A stretch of DNA of 64,000 bases from an uncultured candidate division Zixibacteria bacterium (GTDB taxonomy: Bacteria; Zixibacteria; MSB-5A5; GN15; FEB-12), in NCBI GenBank assembly GCA_963806185.1, contig CAWDXE010000001.1, positions 64,001 through 128,000 on the forward strand, read 5' to 3'. The position numbers were made by a program, and so were the translations under genes. Below, piece by piece: positions 8,517-18,973 of the stretch. The notes beneath the pieces were generated by a model. That model saw only the letters and a list, made by a program, of their open reading frames with translations, had not been told where the DNA came from and made no database searches. The first letter of the stretch is position 1; the number at the start of each line of letters is the position of its first letter.

Positions 8517-10060
8517 CAGGCCTTTCCCCCGAAAGTGCGCAAACCTCGCTTGCGGTGAAAGCCGATCCAGTTAGATTGACCGTTTGAGGGAGTGGTTGAG
8601 GCGACCGTGATCTTTCGCTCATGCAGATATTTTTCAAGCGCCCCCGCTATGGCGGCCATGCGAGCATCATCCGGCTCGACCACGCGATACCGATTCTCTG
8701 GGTATTCTTCCTGAAGAAACCGCGTCGACAGGTCACCGGCGACAAAACGCGGATGGCGCAAGACCGTCTCGTGAAAACCAATAGTCGTTTTGACCCCCGA
8801 AACACGATACTCCTGCAAAGCGCGCAGACAGCGACTGATCGCCTCTTCGCGCGTTGTCCCCCAGACACACAATTTTGCGATCATCGGGTCGTAATAAATG
8901 GGAATCTCTGAGAATATGACCACACCCGAATCGACCCGCACGCCGGGTCCGGCGGGGATCCGGTAGTTCTTGAGCACACCGGTTGAAGGGATGAATCCTT
9001 CCTCGGGGTCCTCCGCATAGATGCGGCACTCGATAGCGTGGCCGCGCAGTACGATATCTTCCTGCTTGTACGGCAGTCTCTTCCCCTCGGCAATGAACAT
9101 CTGTTCTTTCACCAGGTCGAGACCGGTTACCATTTCTGTCACCGGATGTTCCACCTGAAGGCGGGTATTCACTTCGAGGAAATAGAAATTGCGGTTTTCA
9201 TCGACGAGAAATTCGCAGGTCCCCGCGCCGATATACCCGGACGACCGGGCGATATTTACCGCCGCCTGACCCATCTTAGCGCGCAGTTCTTCGGTCATGA
9301 TCGGCGACGGCGATTCTTCGATGACCTTCTGGTGCCGCCGCTGAATCGAACATTCGCGCTCGCCCAGATAGAGGCAGTTGCCATGCTGGTCGCAGAGGAT
9401 CTGAATTTCAATATGACGCGGCTTGAGCAGGTATTTTTCGATGAATACGCGGCCGTCGCCAAAAGCGGAGCGCGCCTCGTTGCCGGCCGACGTTACCGCC
9501 TCGCTGAACCCCTCCGGTGATTCGACCACCCGCATCCCTTTGCCGCCGCCGCCGGCCGCCGCTTTGACCAGAACGGGGAACCCGATCTTCCTGGAGAACT
9601 CCAGCGCCATGTCCAAGTGGCCGTCGGCAATTTCAATACCCGGCACAATCGGCAGACCGGCCTTGACCGCCATTGCGCGCGCCTGAAGTTTGTCGCCAAG
9701 CGCCGTGATCGTCTCCGGCTTGGGGCCGATGAAGATCAATCCGGCGTCGATCACTTTTTTGGCGAAGACGGCATTCTCGGACAGAAAGCCGTATCCCGGA
9801 TGGATTGCTTCTGCGCCGGTCTCTTTGGCGGCGTCGATGATTTTTTCGTGGACGAGATAGCTTTGCGACGATGGTGACGGCCCGATATGCACCGCCTCGT
9901 CGGCCATGCGGACATGGTAGGCGGTCTTGTCGCAGTCGGAATAGACGGCCACCGATCGGATGCCGAGATCGCGGCAGGCGCGCACAATGCGCACGGCAAT
10001 CTCGCCCCGATTGGCGATGAGGAGTTTGGTGATGGAGGTGGTCACGTTCGTGATGGTCAC
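8516..10060 (-). CDS. accC: Biotin carboxylase (acyl-CoA carboxylase alpha subunit)
   Basis: ANRGEIA, HPGYGFLSEN, GGGGKGMR, RECSIQRRHQK, EVNTRLQVEH. Confidence 0.95.
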   Translation of the reverse strand: MTITNVTTSITKLLIANRGEIAVRIVRACRDLGIRSVAVYSDCDKTAYHVRMADEAVHIGPSPSSQSYLVHEKIIDAAKETGAEAIHPGYGFLSENAVFAKKVIDAGLIFIGPKPETITALGDKLQARAMAVKAGLPIVPGIEIADGHLDMALEFSRKIGFPVLVKAAAGGGGKGMRVVESPEGFSEAVTSAGNEARSAFGDGRVFIEKYLLKPRHIEIQILCDQHGNCLYLGERECSIQRRHQKVIEESPSPIMTEELRAKMGQAAVNIARSSGYIGAGTCEFLVDENRNFYFLEVNTRLQVEHPVTEMVTGLDLVKEQMFIAEGKRLPYKQEDIVLRGHAIECRIYAEDPEEGFIPSTGVLKNYRIPAGPGVRVDSGVVIFSEIPIYYDPMIAKLCVWGTTREEAISRCLRALQEYRVSGVKTTIGFHETVLRHPRFVAGDLSTRFLQEEYPENRYRVVEPDDARMAAIAGALEKYLHERKITVASTTPSNGQSNWIGFHRKRGLRTFGGKA

Positions 10061-10107
10061 TCTAAATTATATGTGGTCATGCGCCGGATCAACGCATCCG
10101 GTCGCCC

Positions 10108-11659
10108 CTACAACGGTATGTTCCCGTGCTTCTTCGGCGGGTTCTGATCCTTCTTCGACTCCAGCATTTCAAACGCCCGAATCAGGCGCGGGCGGGTTGT
10201 CTTCGGTTCGATAATATCATCCACATACCCGCGCGCCGCCGCCATAAACGGATTGGCGAACTTTTCGCGATATTCGTCCGTCAACTTCTGCGTCGCCGCC
10301 TCGCTGTCTTTCGCCTTGGCGATTTCTCTCTTGAAAATGATCTCCACCGCCCCCTTCGGTCCCATCACCGCAATCTCGGCGGTCGGCCAGGCATAATTCA
10401 TGTCGCCGCGTACATGCTTGGAATTCATGACGTCGTACGCGCCGCCATATGCCTTGCGCGTGATGACTGTCACTTTCGGCACGGTCGCTTCACAGTAGGC
10501 ATACAGCAATTTCGCGCCGTTGCGAATAATGCCGCCATGCTCCTGATCGACTCCCGGCATAAATCCCGGCACATCCTCGAATGTGAGCAATGGAATATTA
10601 AACGCATCGCAGAATCGGATAAACCGCGCCCCCTTGATCGACGAGTTGATATCCAGCACGCCGGCCAACACGGCCGGCTGATTGGCGATAATACCGATCG
10701 ACCGCCCCGCCAGCCGCGCAAAGCCGACGACGATATTCTGTGCGAAATCCTCGTGCACCTCGAAAAACGACCCGGTGTCCACCACCAGATTGATGACATC
10801 TTTGATATCGTACGGCTGGTTCGGATTTTCGGGGATGATATGATTCAGTTTCTGTTCTTCGCGGTCGGGCGGATCATTGATCACGATGGTCGGCGCCTCC
10901 TCGCAGTTGTTCTGCGGGATATATTCGATCAATCGCTTCACTCGCGCCATAGCGTCGGCCTCGTTTTCGCAGGCGAAATGCGCGACACCTGACTTGGAGG
11001 CATGAACGTTCGCGCCGCCCAGATCCTCGGAGGTCACCACTTCGTGCGTCACGGTCTTGACCACGTTGGGACCGGTCACGAACATGTACGACGTCCCTTT
11101 GGTCATCACGACAAAATCGGTGATCGCCGGGCTGTATACCGCGCCGCCCGCACACGGACCGAGAATGACCGAAATCTGCGGCACCACGCCCGACGCCAGC
11201 GTATTGAGCAGGAAGATGTCGGCATACCCGCCCGAGCGAGACGACGCCTTCCTGAATGCGCGCGCCGCCGGAGTCGTTGAGCCCGATCACCGGCGCTCCG
11301 ACCTTCATCGCCATTTCCATGATTTTGCAGATTTTTTCGGCGTGCGCTTCCGACAGCGAGCCGCCGAAGACGGTGAAATCCTGCGAGAAGATGAACACCA
11401 TCCGGCCATGGATCTTGCCGCAACCGGTGATGACCCCGTCACCAAGGACATTCTGCTCGTCCAGACCGAAGTCGGTCGACCGGTGGGTGACGAACATATC
11501 GAATTCTTCGAAGGAATTCGGGTCGACCAGCAGCTCGATCCGTTCGCGCGCGGTCAACTTCCCTTTTTTGTGCTGAGCGTCGATCCGGTCCTGTCCGCCG
11601 CCCAATTTCGCTTCGGACCGCATCGCTTCAAGATGGTTCAGTTTCTTTTCCAGCGACAC
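10108..11659 (-). CDS. pccB: Propionyl-CoA carboxylase beta subunit (carboxyltransferase); one frameshift at ~11232
   Basis: N-half ([24 protein letters not shown]) in ORF 10874-11659; C-half ([28 protein letters not shown]) in ORF 10108-11187; joined by one extra G. Confidence 0.9.
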
Positions 11660-12533
11660 GAGGTACCTCAGCGATGTGCTTAGGGTGAGCGCCGAATCCG
11701 ACAGGCTCGGCGACCAGTTTCTTGGCAGTTTCCTTTATCCGCGCAAACGGCATGGTGGTGTCATGATCGAACAGCAGAACGATCTCCTCCTGCAACACTC
11801 GCGGCAGAAGCGCGCGCTTGGCCTCCATTGAATCGAGCGGGAAAATATCGGTAGCCGGCACAAACGGCGTCCGCAGATGGTGAATGGTCGGATAGGTGTC
11901 GGCCGCATACAAGCGCCGTCACCCCTTCCGACGTCATCTCGATCACGTAGTGTCCCACCGAATGGCCACCGGTGAAAATCGCCCTGTATCCCGGGAAACA
12001 GCTCGAGTCGACCCTTCGATAAACTCCACCTGCCCCGCTTCATGCAACGGATGCAGACGCTCGGGGATATAGACGGCGCTGGTTCGTTCGTCCGGATGCA
12101 TGGCCGTCTCCCACTCTTTCTTCTCGATGATGTACTTGGCGCTGAGGAAAGCGCGGCACATAGTGGCCGTCGACCATCTTCACCGCCCCGCCGCAGTGAT
12201 CGGTGTGCAGATGCGTAAAGTATGACGTAGTCGATATCCGTCGGCTTCAAGCCGAGCGCCAATAAGCCGTCGATCCAGGTGTGACACGCCGTCGGTCCCG
12301 TAGATTTTCTTCTCGCGATCCGACAGCGTATCACCCAGGCCGATATCAAAGATCATATTCTTGCCGTGGGCTTTCAGGACAAAGAGGTTGACGGTCATCG
12401 GAATGAGATTGTTCTCATCGGCCGGCAGCATCTTGCCCCAGATCGATTTCGGTATCACCCCGAACATGGTACCGCCGTCGAGCCGGAACGGCTGCTCGAC
12501 AAACGTCTGAATTTCGAACTGACCGAATTTCAT
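11628..12533 (-). CDS. MBL-fold metallo-hydrolase (YtnP-like); several frameshifts
   Basis: MKFGQFEI...[15 protein letters not shown]-terminus, H-x-D-H remnant, LFDHD C-terminus, split over several frames; 3' end approximate. Confidence 0.78.
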
Positions 12534-13682
12534 CTCCCGCCCAGAACATTCGCCGCGATAACCAGACGCTGGACCTCCGAGGTTCCCTCGTAGATTTCCA
12601 GGACGCGCTGGTCGCGGTACAGTTTCTCGATCGGTGAGAATTCGCCGATATACCCGTACCCGCCGTGAATCTGCATGGCGCGGTCGACACAGAAGCGGGC
12701 GGTTTCGGAGGCGTACAGCTTGGCCATGCGAGGCTTCCAGCGAAAACTTCTCGCCGCGATCCTGCATCAGGGCCGCCTTGTAGGTGAGACAGCGGGCCGC
12801 TTCGACACGGGTCGCCATGTCGGCGATCATCCACTGAATCGCCTGAAGTTTGGCGATCGGCTGGCCGAACGCATGACGCTTGTTGGCGTACCTGACTGAT
12901 TCGTCGAGCGCCCGCTGGGCGACGCCGACACCCTGGGCGGCCACACCGACGCGGGCGCAGTCGAGCGTCGCCATCGCATACCGGAACCCCTTGCCGATCT
13001 TCGCCGAGCAGATTTCTTCTTCGGGACTTTGACATCCTTGATGATAGATGCCGCCGGTCGTCGCCGCACGCATACCCATCTTGTTCTTGAGCGTCCGCTT
13101 ATCCCAGCCGGGCTGTTTGGTGTCGACAATCATGCGCCGACATCTTCGGCTTACCTTCGATCTTGCAGAACAGAACCGCCAGGTCGGCGACGTCGCCGTG
13201 CATGATGAAAATCTTCTCGCCGTTGACGATGGTAGTGATCGCCGTTTTCAGCCGCCACCGTCTTCTGGTTGGCGGCATCGGACCCGGCTTCCGGTTCGGT
13301 CAGCACAAAGGCCGGCACCCGCTTGCCGCTGGCGCAATCCGGGACATATTTCTTCTTCTGCTCTTCGTGGCCGAAATTGATAATCGGTGAGGTCGCCAGT
13401 TCCGCCACGGCGCACAACAAGCCGATCGCCGCGTCGTGGTAGCAGAGTTCTTCGATCAGCGTAATATATTCGAGATGGCTCTTGCCGCTGCCGCCGTATT
13501 CCTTCGGCATGGCGTAGCCGATAAACCCGGCCTGGCCGATCTTGCGATACAGTTCAATCGGGAACTTGCGGGGTTCGGGCATCCGATCCCAATTCTCGGA
13601 GACCGGATAGATTTCTTTCTCGGCGAAAACGGCGCACCTCGTCGCGCACCGCTTGCTGTTTCGGATCAACATTGTACGACAT
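12530..13682 (-). CDS. Acyl-CoA dehydrogenase; several frameshifts
   Basis: [51 protein letters not shown] across frames; start MSYNVDPK at 13682. Confidence 0.88.
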
Positions 13683-13729
13683 AATTCCTCAACCACTCCA
13701 TTGTATGTAAAAACGCAATGAATCGACTA

Positions 13730-14152
13730 TCATAATCTTTGCGTCGTCCGGCTTACGGCTGGCAACCGCCTCGTTTCAGAAACGCAATCGCCTCTTCGGT
13801 CGGTGCGCCGGGGGTAAATATTTTGGCGACCCCCATTTTCTCCAACTGCTCTTTGTCGTCCTCGGGAATGATCCCGCCGCCGAACAGAAGGATGTCCGAC
13901 GACTTTCCGTTTTTTCATCTCGTCGAGGATCGCCGGAAAGAGCGTCATGTGCGCGCCGGAGAGAATCGACACGCCGATGGCGTCGACATCTTCCTGAATG
14001 GCGGCATCGACGATCATTTCCGGGGTCTGGCGAAGACCGGTGTAGATGACTTCCATGCCGGCATCGCGAAACGCGGCGGCGATGACTTTGATCCCCCGGT
14101 CATGGCCGTCGAGTCCGGGTTTGGCAAGAAGTACACGAATTTTGCGTTGCAT
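13730..14152 (-). CDS. Cobalamin-binding small subunit of acyl-CoA mutase; frameshifted 3' part
   Basis: [10 protein letters not shown] (DxHxxG), SILSGAH; GGIIP...IFTPG continues in another frame; end approximate. Confidence 0.9.
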   Translation of the reverse strand: MQRKIRVLLAKPGLDGHDRGIKVIAAAFRDAGMEVIYTGLRQTPEMIVDAAIQEDVDAIGVSILSGAHMTLFPAILDEMKKRKVVGHPSVRRRDHSRGRQRAVGENGGRQNIYPRRTDRRGDCVSETRRLPAVSRTTQRL

Positions 14153-14212
14153 AGAGCCTATATTTCCAAATATCTCAAATCCACAGCCTAACGACGAACG
14201 AACTTACTCCCC

Positions 14213-15915
14213 CTACGACACCTGCATCGCGGCCTGGCTCTCGACATGCTCGCCCCACGTCTCGCGCAGAACATCGCACATCTCACCCACCGTCACATAC
14301 ACCCGCGACACAATCGAGAATCGCCTCAAACGTATTCCCCTTGCCGGCGGCTACTTTGCGAAGATGCTCAAGCGTCACCTGCACCTTGCCGTTGTCGCGC
14401 TCCGCCTTGATCTTCTTCAGAAACGCCACCTGGTCGCGCTCGACCGTTCGGGTCGATCTTGAGCACCGGAATTTCAATCTTCTCGTCGTCCATCACGAAA
14501 TCATTCACGCCGACCATGATCCGTTCCTTCGCCTCCAGCTCCTGCTGGTGACGATACGCCGACCGCGCCAGTCTCGCGCTGGAAATACCCGTCGTCGATA
14601 CACGGCAGCACGCCGCCGCGCCGTTCGATTTCGGCAAAAATCTTCTCCGCCTCGGCTTCCATCTGGTCGGTGAGCGCTTCGACGAAAGTACGATCCGGCC
14701 AGCGGATCGATCGTGTTGGCCACGCCGGTTTCATAGGCGATCACCTGCTGGGTGCGCAGGGCGATCAGGGCCGCCTTCTCCGACGGCAGCGCCAGCGTTT
14801 CATCCATCGAATTGGTGTGCAGGGACTGCGTCCCGCCTATCACGCCCGACAGCGCCTGAATGGCGGTTCGGACGATATTGTTCTCCGGCTGCTGAGCCGT
14901 AAGCGAACACCCGGCGGTCTGCGTGTGAAAACGGAGCATCCACGACCGCGGGTCTTTGGCCTTGTATTTGTCTCTCATCCGCTTGGCGTAAATCCGCCGC
15001 GCGGCACGATACTTGGCGATTTCTTCGAAGAAATCCGAATGCGCGTTGAAGAAGTACGACAGGCGCGGCGCGAAATCATCGACATTCTGCCCCGCCTCAA
15101 TGGCCGACTCGACATACTGGAACCCGTCGGCCAGCGTAAACGCCAGTTCCTGCACGGCGGTGGCGCCCGCTTCGCGGATATGGTAGCCGGAGATCGAAAT
15201 CGTGTTAAACTGCGGCACATGTTTGGTGCAGTAATCCATCATGTCGGTGATGAGCCGAATCGACGGCCGCGGCGGGAAGATGAATTCCTTCTGTGCGATA
15301 TACTCTTTCAGAATGTCGTTCTGGAGTGTGCCGCGCACCTGGTCGAACGGTACTCCCTGCTTTTCGGCGACCGCCAGGTACATGGCCAGCAGAATCGATG
15401 CCGGCGAGTTGATGGTCATCGAGGTCGACACTTTGGCCAGATCGATACCGCCGAAGATGATCTCCATGTCGGCCAGCGTGTCGACCGCCACGCCGCACTT
15501 GCCGACCTCGCCGAGCGACCGCGGATGGTCGGAATCGTACCCCATCAGGGTCGGCAGGTCAAAGGCGGTGGAAAGTCCGGTGCCGCCCTGTGCGAGGATG
15601 TATTTGAACCGTTCGTTGGTCTGTTTCGGATTCCCCATTCCGGCAAACTGGCGCATGGTCCAGAGTTTGGTCCGGTACATGGTGTGATGGAGGCCTCGGG
15701 TGTACGGAAATTCACCCGGTAGACCGATGTTGTCCCAATAGTACTGTTCGCGATCACTGTTCCTTAACCGACAACGGGGTATAGAGTTCGTCGATATCCA
15801 CCCCGGAGACGGTGAAGAATCGGGGAAGGGACTTTTTGGCCCGGCTTTTGGCGGCCGTCTTATCCCAAACAGCCAACCGTTCTTTGAGTCTGGTCAAAAA
15901 GGACTTCTCAAACAT
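14213..15915 (-). CDS. icmA: Acyl-CoA mutase large subunit, isobutyryl-CoA mutase type; several frameshifts
   Basis: WTMRQFAG (Phe) and [14 protein letters not shown] (Gln). N-terminus MFEKSF at 15915; C-terminus [16 protein letters not shown]...* ends at 14213. Confidence 0.82.
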
Positions 15916-16092
15916 TGCGTGTATTCTCCCTTCGATATTAACCGTAATAGATAATAAAGGGTTGCCCCGAAAGCAAGTAAGCCGCCGCATCGCGGATCGT
16001 CCGCCCCCCTATCTTAACCAGCCAAAACCGCCTCGCGATTCGCGCCAATTTCATTGATATGCGTTACCCATTGATGATATACTGGAACCGAT

Positions 16093-18015
16093 ATGATCCT
16101 GTTCCCACCCAAGATGACAAAACAGACACGGCATGTCCTCGTCGGCCTCGGACTCTTGCTCCTGCTCGTCCTCCTCCGTACCGCCTGGGTGGGCGATGAT
16201 GCCTACATCACCTTTCGGGTCGTCGACAACGTCATTCACGGGTACGGTCCGGTTTGGAACGTGGTCGAGCGGGTCCAGGCGTACACTCATCCGCTCTGGA
16301 TGTGGTTGATGGCCGCGCTCGCTTTCATCACGCGCGACGTTTTCTACACCAGCATTTTCCTATCAATCGTGCTTACGCTGGCCACGGCGACCGTCCTGGC
16401 GGTTAAGATTTCCCGCTCGCCGTTCGCAGCGATTGCGGGTGTCGCACTCCTGATTGTCTCGAAGGCGTTTGTCGATTATTCCACTTCCGGTCTGGAGAAC
16501 CCGCTCGCCCACCTGTTGGTGGCGATCTTCTTCTGGGTCTATCTCGATCCGGAGCGGGACAAGCCATCGCTCTTCTGGCCCGCCTTCTGGGCCTCGCTTG
16601 TCATGTTGACCAGATTCGATCTTGGCGCTCTCCTTTTGCCTCCTCTTGCCTACTTGTACTTCCGCCGCCCGAGCTGGAAGGCGTTTGGCACGCTGGTCCT
16701 CGGACTACTCCCTCTGGTCATCTGGCACCTCTGGTCAACCTGGTATTACGGCTTTCCCTTCCCCAACACCGGCTACGCCAAGCTAAATACCGGAATCAGT
16801 GCGGATCCGATGGTCAGGCAGGGTGTGGCATACCTGGAGAATCTCCTTCGTCGTTCACCAAACAGCGCCATGACCATTCTCTGGACAGTGATTGCGGTCA
16901 TCTGGGTACGAGACAAGAAATACCTCGCGGCGGTCGCCGGCCTGATTCTCTACGGCCTCTACCTCGTGCGCATCGGGGGCGACTTTATGACCGGACGGCT
17001 CTTATCAGTGCCGTTCCTGGTGGCGGTGATACTCGTGTGCCGGTACTCACTCGATCGAGTACGCTGGGCCGTGTTGGTACCTGTGATGACGATAATCGCG
17101 CTTGGCGTAGTCTACCCGCGCTCGCCGCTCTGGGCGGGCAGCTCGTTTGGTGTTGGAGAGGAAACGGAGGATTGGGACAGGGGCGTATCCGACGAGCGCG
17201 CCGGGTATTTCCAGTACACCGGCCTGTTCAGTCAGCGAGCGGGCCATTCCGCGCCCAATCACCCGTGGCAGCAACGAGGACTGCAGCTTCGGGCCGCAGG
17301 TGACACGGTCGTGGTCGCCTCCGGAATCGGGATGCTCGGCTATTTCGCGGGGCCGTCCGTTTACATTGTCGACCAGCATGCCCTGACCGACCCTCTGTTG
17401 GCCCGATTACCGGCCGCGGATCCCAATAAGTGGCGGATTGGGCACTTCGAACGCCGCATTCCGGTCGGATACGTGGAAACTCTCAAGTCCGATACGAATC
17501 GGATTAAGGACCCCAGCCTGGCCGCCTTTTACGACACTCTGACCCTTGTCACGCGTGGTGACCTGTGGAGTTCTGAACGTCTGCGCGCGATCGGTCGCAT
17601 GAATTGCGGCACATACCATTACCTGCTGTCGCGTTTTCTCGAGCGCCCCGAACGTGTGGTCGGGTACGCCGAGGCCAGCCGGCCCAAAGCAACTGGCATG
17701 GCCTATGACTGCGATGACTGTTTCGTGTTGACACCGACCGGCATGACTGTTCAACTCGATTCAATGGTTCATGCCAAATTGGTGGAGACCAGCACGGACA
17801 ACAACGACAATTACGAGTTCATCTTTCTCCGTCGGGATATAGTAATCGGGCGACTGGTCAAGCCAAGCCACTGGATTGCGCAAGGGGGGCTGGTGATCGA
17901 TAGCATAAATATTCCCGAATCGATCCGGAAGCCGGGGTACGATGTGATCGAGATTGTCCCGCGCGACGGCGATGGACAGTATGGTGTCGGCCACATCCGC
18001 ATCCTCGAGCCTTAG
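16093..18015 (+). CDS. GT-C membrane glycosyltransferase, AftB (arabinofuranosyltransferase)-like, with C-terminal extracytoplasmic domain
   Basis: WVGDDAYITFRVVDN...GPVWN...ERVQAYTHPLW, TSGLENPL, PFPNTGYAK, GGDFMTGR, WRIGHF; many TM segments. Confidence 0.72.
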   Translation: MILFPPKMTKQTRHVLVGLGLLLLLVLLRTAWVGDDAYITFRVVDNVIHGYGPVWNVVERVQAYTHPLWMWLMAALAFITRDVFYTSIFLSIVLTLATATVLAVKISRSPFAAIAGVALLIVSKAFVDYSTSGLENPLAHLLVAIFFWVYLDPERDKPSLFWPAFWASLVMLTRFDLGALLLPPLAYLYFRRPSWKAFGTLVLGLLPLVIWHLWSTWYYGFPFPNTGYAKLNTGISADPMVRQGVAYLENLLRRSPNSAMTILWTVIAVIWVRDKKYLAAVAGLILYGLYLVRIGGDFMTGRLLSVPFLVAVILVCRYSLDRVRWAVLVPVMTIIALGVVYPRSPLWAGSSFGVGEETEDWDRGVSDERAGYFQYTGLFSQRAGHSAPNHPWQQRGLQLRAAGDTVVVASGIGMLGYFAGPSVYIVDQHALTDPLLARLPAADPNKWRIGHFERRIPVGYVETLKSDTNRIKDPSLAAFYDTLTLVTRGDLWSSERLRAIGRMNCGTYHYLLSRFLERPERVVGYAEASRPKATGMAYDCDDCFVLTPTGMTVQLDSMVHAKLVETSTDNNDNYEFIFLRRDIVIGRLVKPSHWIAQGGLVIDSINIPESIRKPGYDVIEIVPRDGDGQYGVGHIRILEP

Positions 18016-18098
18016 GCAGGCCTCGCTTTGGCGATAAGTGCCAATAGGTTAACCGAATGGTCAAATTGGGGCTCGAGAGCAAAAAAAACGACCAACAC

Positions 18099-18126
18099 TT
18101 GACAGTGGGGTCGGGAAGTGTATATT
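18099..18126 (+). promoter_or_regulatory. Sigma-70 promoter of tRNA-Gln
   Basis: TTGACA-16 nt-TATATT with an upstream A-tract. Confidence 0.7.
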
Positions 18127-18167
18127 CGACAGCCTTGGCAGGCAACTGCCGAGCCAGATTGAGCTAC

Positions 18168-18238
18168 TGGGAGATCGTCCAACGGTAGGACATGCGGCTC
18201 TGGACCGTAGAATCGGGGTTCGAATCCCTGTCTCCCAG
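18168..18238 (+). tRNA. tRNA-Gln (anticodon CTG); CCA not encoded
   Basis: Acceptor TGGGAGA/TCTCCCA + G; D arm GTCC/GGAC; anticodon arm TGCGG-CTCTGGA-CCGTA; T loop GGTTCGAATCC. Confidence 0.95.
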
Positions 18239-18288
18239 CTTATTCCTTCCCCTACCAAATCCCGCTTCCAGATGCTCTCCAAACTGAG

Positions 18289-18326
18289 AAAAAACATCCG
18301 GCCAGGGTTCTTGCCCCCCGGCCGGA
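18289..18326 (-). terminator. Intrinsic terminator
   Basis: TCCGGCC/GGCCGGA stem followed by TGTTTTTT on the minus strand. Confidence 0.65.
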
Positions 18327-18343
18327 CTGCTGCTGAAGGCGCT

Positions 18344-18973
18344 TTACAGCGCCGTCACTTTGAGACAGATATCTATCGCATGCCCCCGCGCCGGCGGCTT
18401 GTTCGGCACTATCGTTATCGTAACATGCCGGCCGAGTACCTGCTCGACCATGAATTCCGGATTGGCCACCGGATCCCACTCGTGAGCCACACCGTCAATG
18501 GTCACCGCCAGTGTCTGATTCGGCTGATCCTTCTCCACCGTCGCCGCGAACTCCAGGCGGAAACTCCCCGCCGCGTTCTGCAACATCCAGACGATCTCTT
18601 GCTGATTGCAGGCGATCCGCGAACAAAGAGGACGACAACTCCCCGTATCCGGCACAACAATGATCACCGTGTCGATATGGATGACCGTGTCGGTCACTGT
18701 GTCGATGATCGTGACGGTGTCGGTGTTGGTGATCGTATCGGCGTCCGTGATCGTATCAATGATCGTCAACGTATCAACGTCGTGAATCGTGTCGTTCTGA
18801 GTCAGCGTATCGGTGAGCACGACGGTATCCGTCACCACAACCGTGTCGGTCACCTGGGTCGAGCCCCCGACCGGGTTAAGCGCGTCGCGCTCGAGTGGAT
18901 CAGCGCAGTTCAGGAACCCGACCATCCCGGACACGGCAACCACCCCTATGATCAGAAATGCCAATCGGTTCAT
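18344..18973 (-). CDS. Lipoprotein with tandem xDT(V/L/I)xx repeats
   Basis: Signal peptide ending FLNC; 11 D-T-[VLI] units with ~6-residue period; small beta-rich C-terminal domain. Confidence 0.8.
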   Translation of the reverse strand: MNRLAFLIIGVVAVSGMVGFLNCADPLERDALNPVGGSTQVTDTVVVTDTVVLTDTLTQNDTIHDVDTLTIIDTITDADTITNTDTVTIIDTVTDTVIHIDTVIIVVPDTGSCRPLCSRIACNQQEIVWMLQNAAGSFRLEFAATVEKDQPNQTLAVTIDGVAHEWDPVANPEFMVEQVLGRHVTITIVPNKPPARGHAIDICLKVTAL

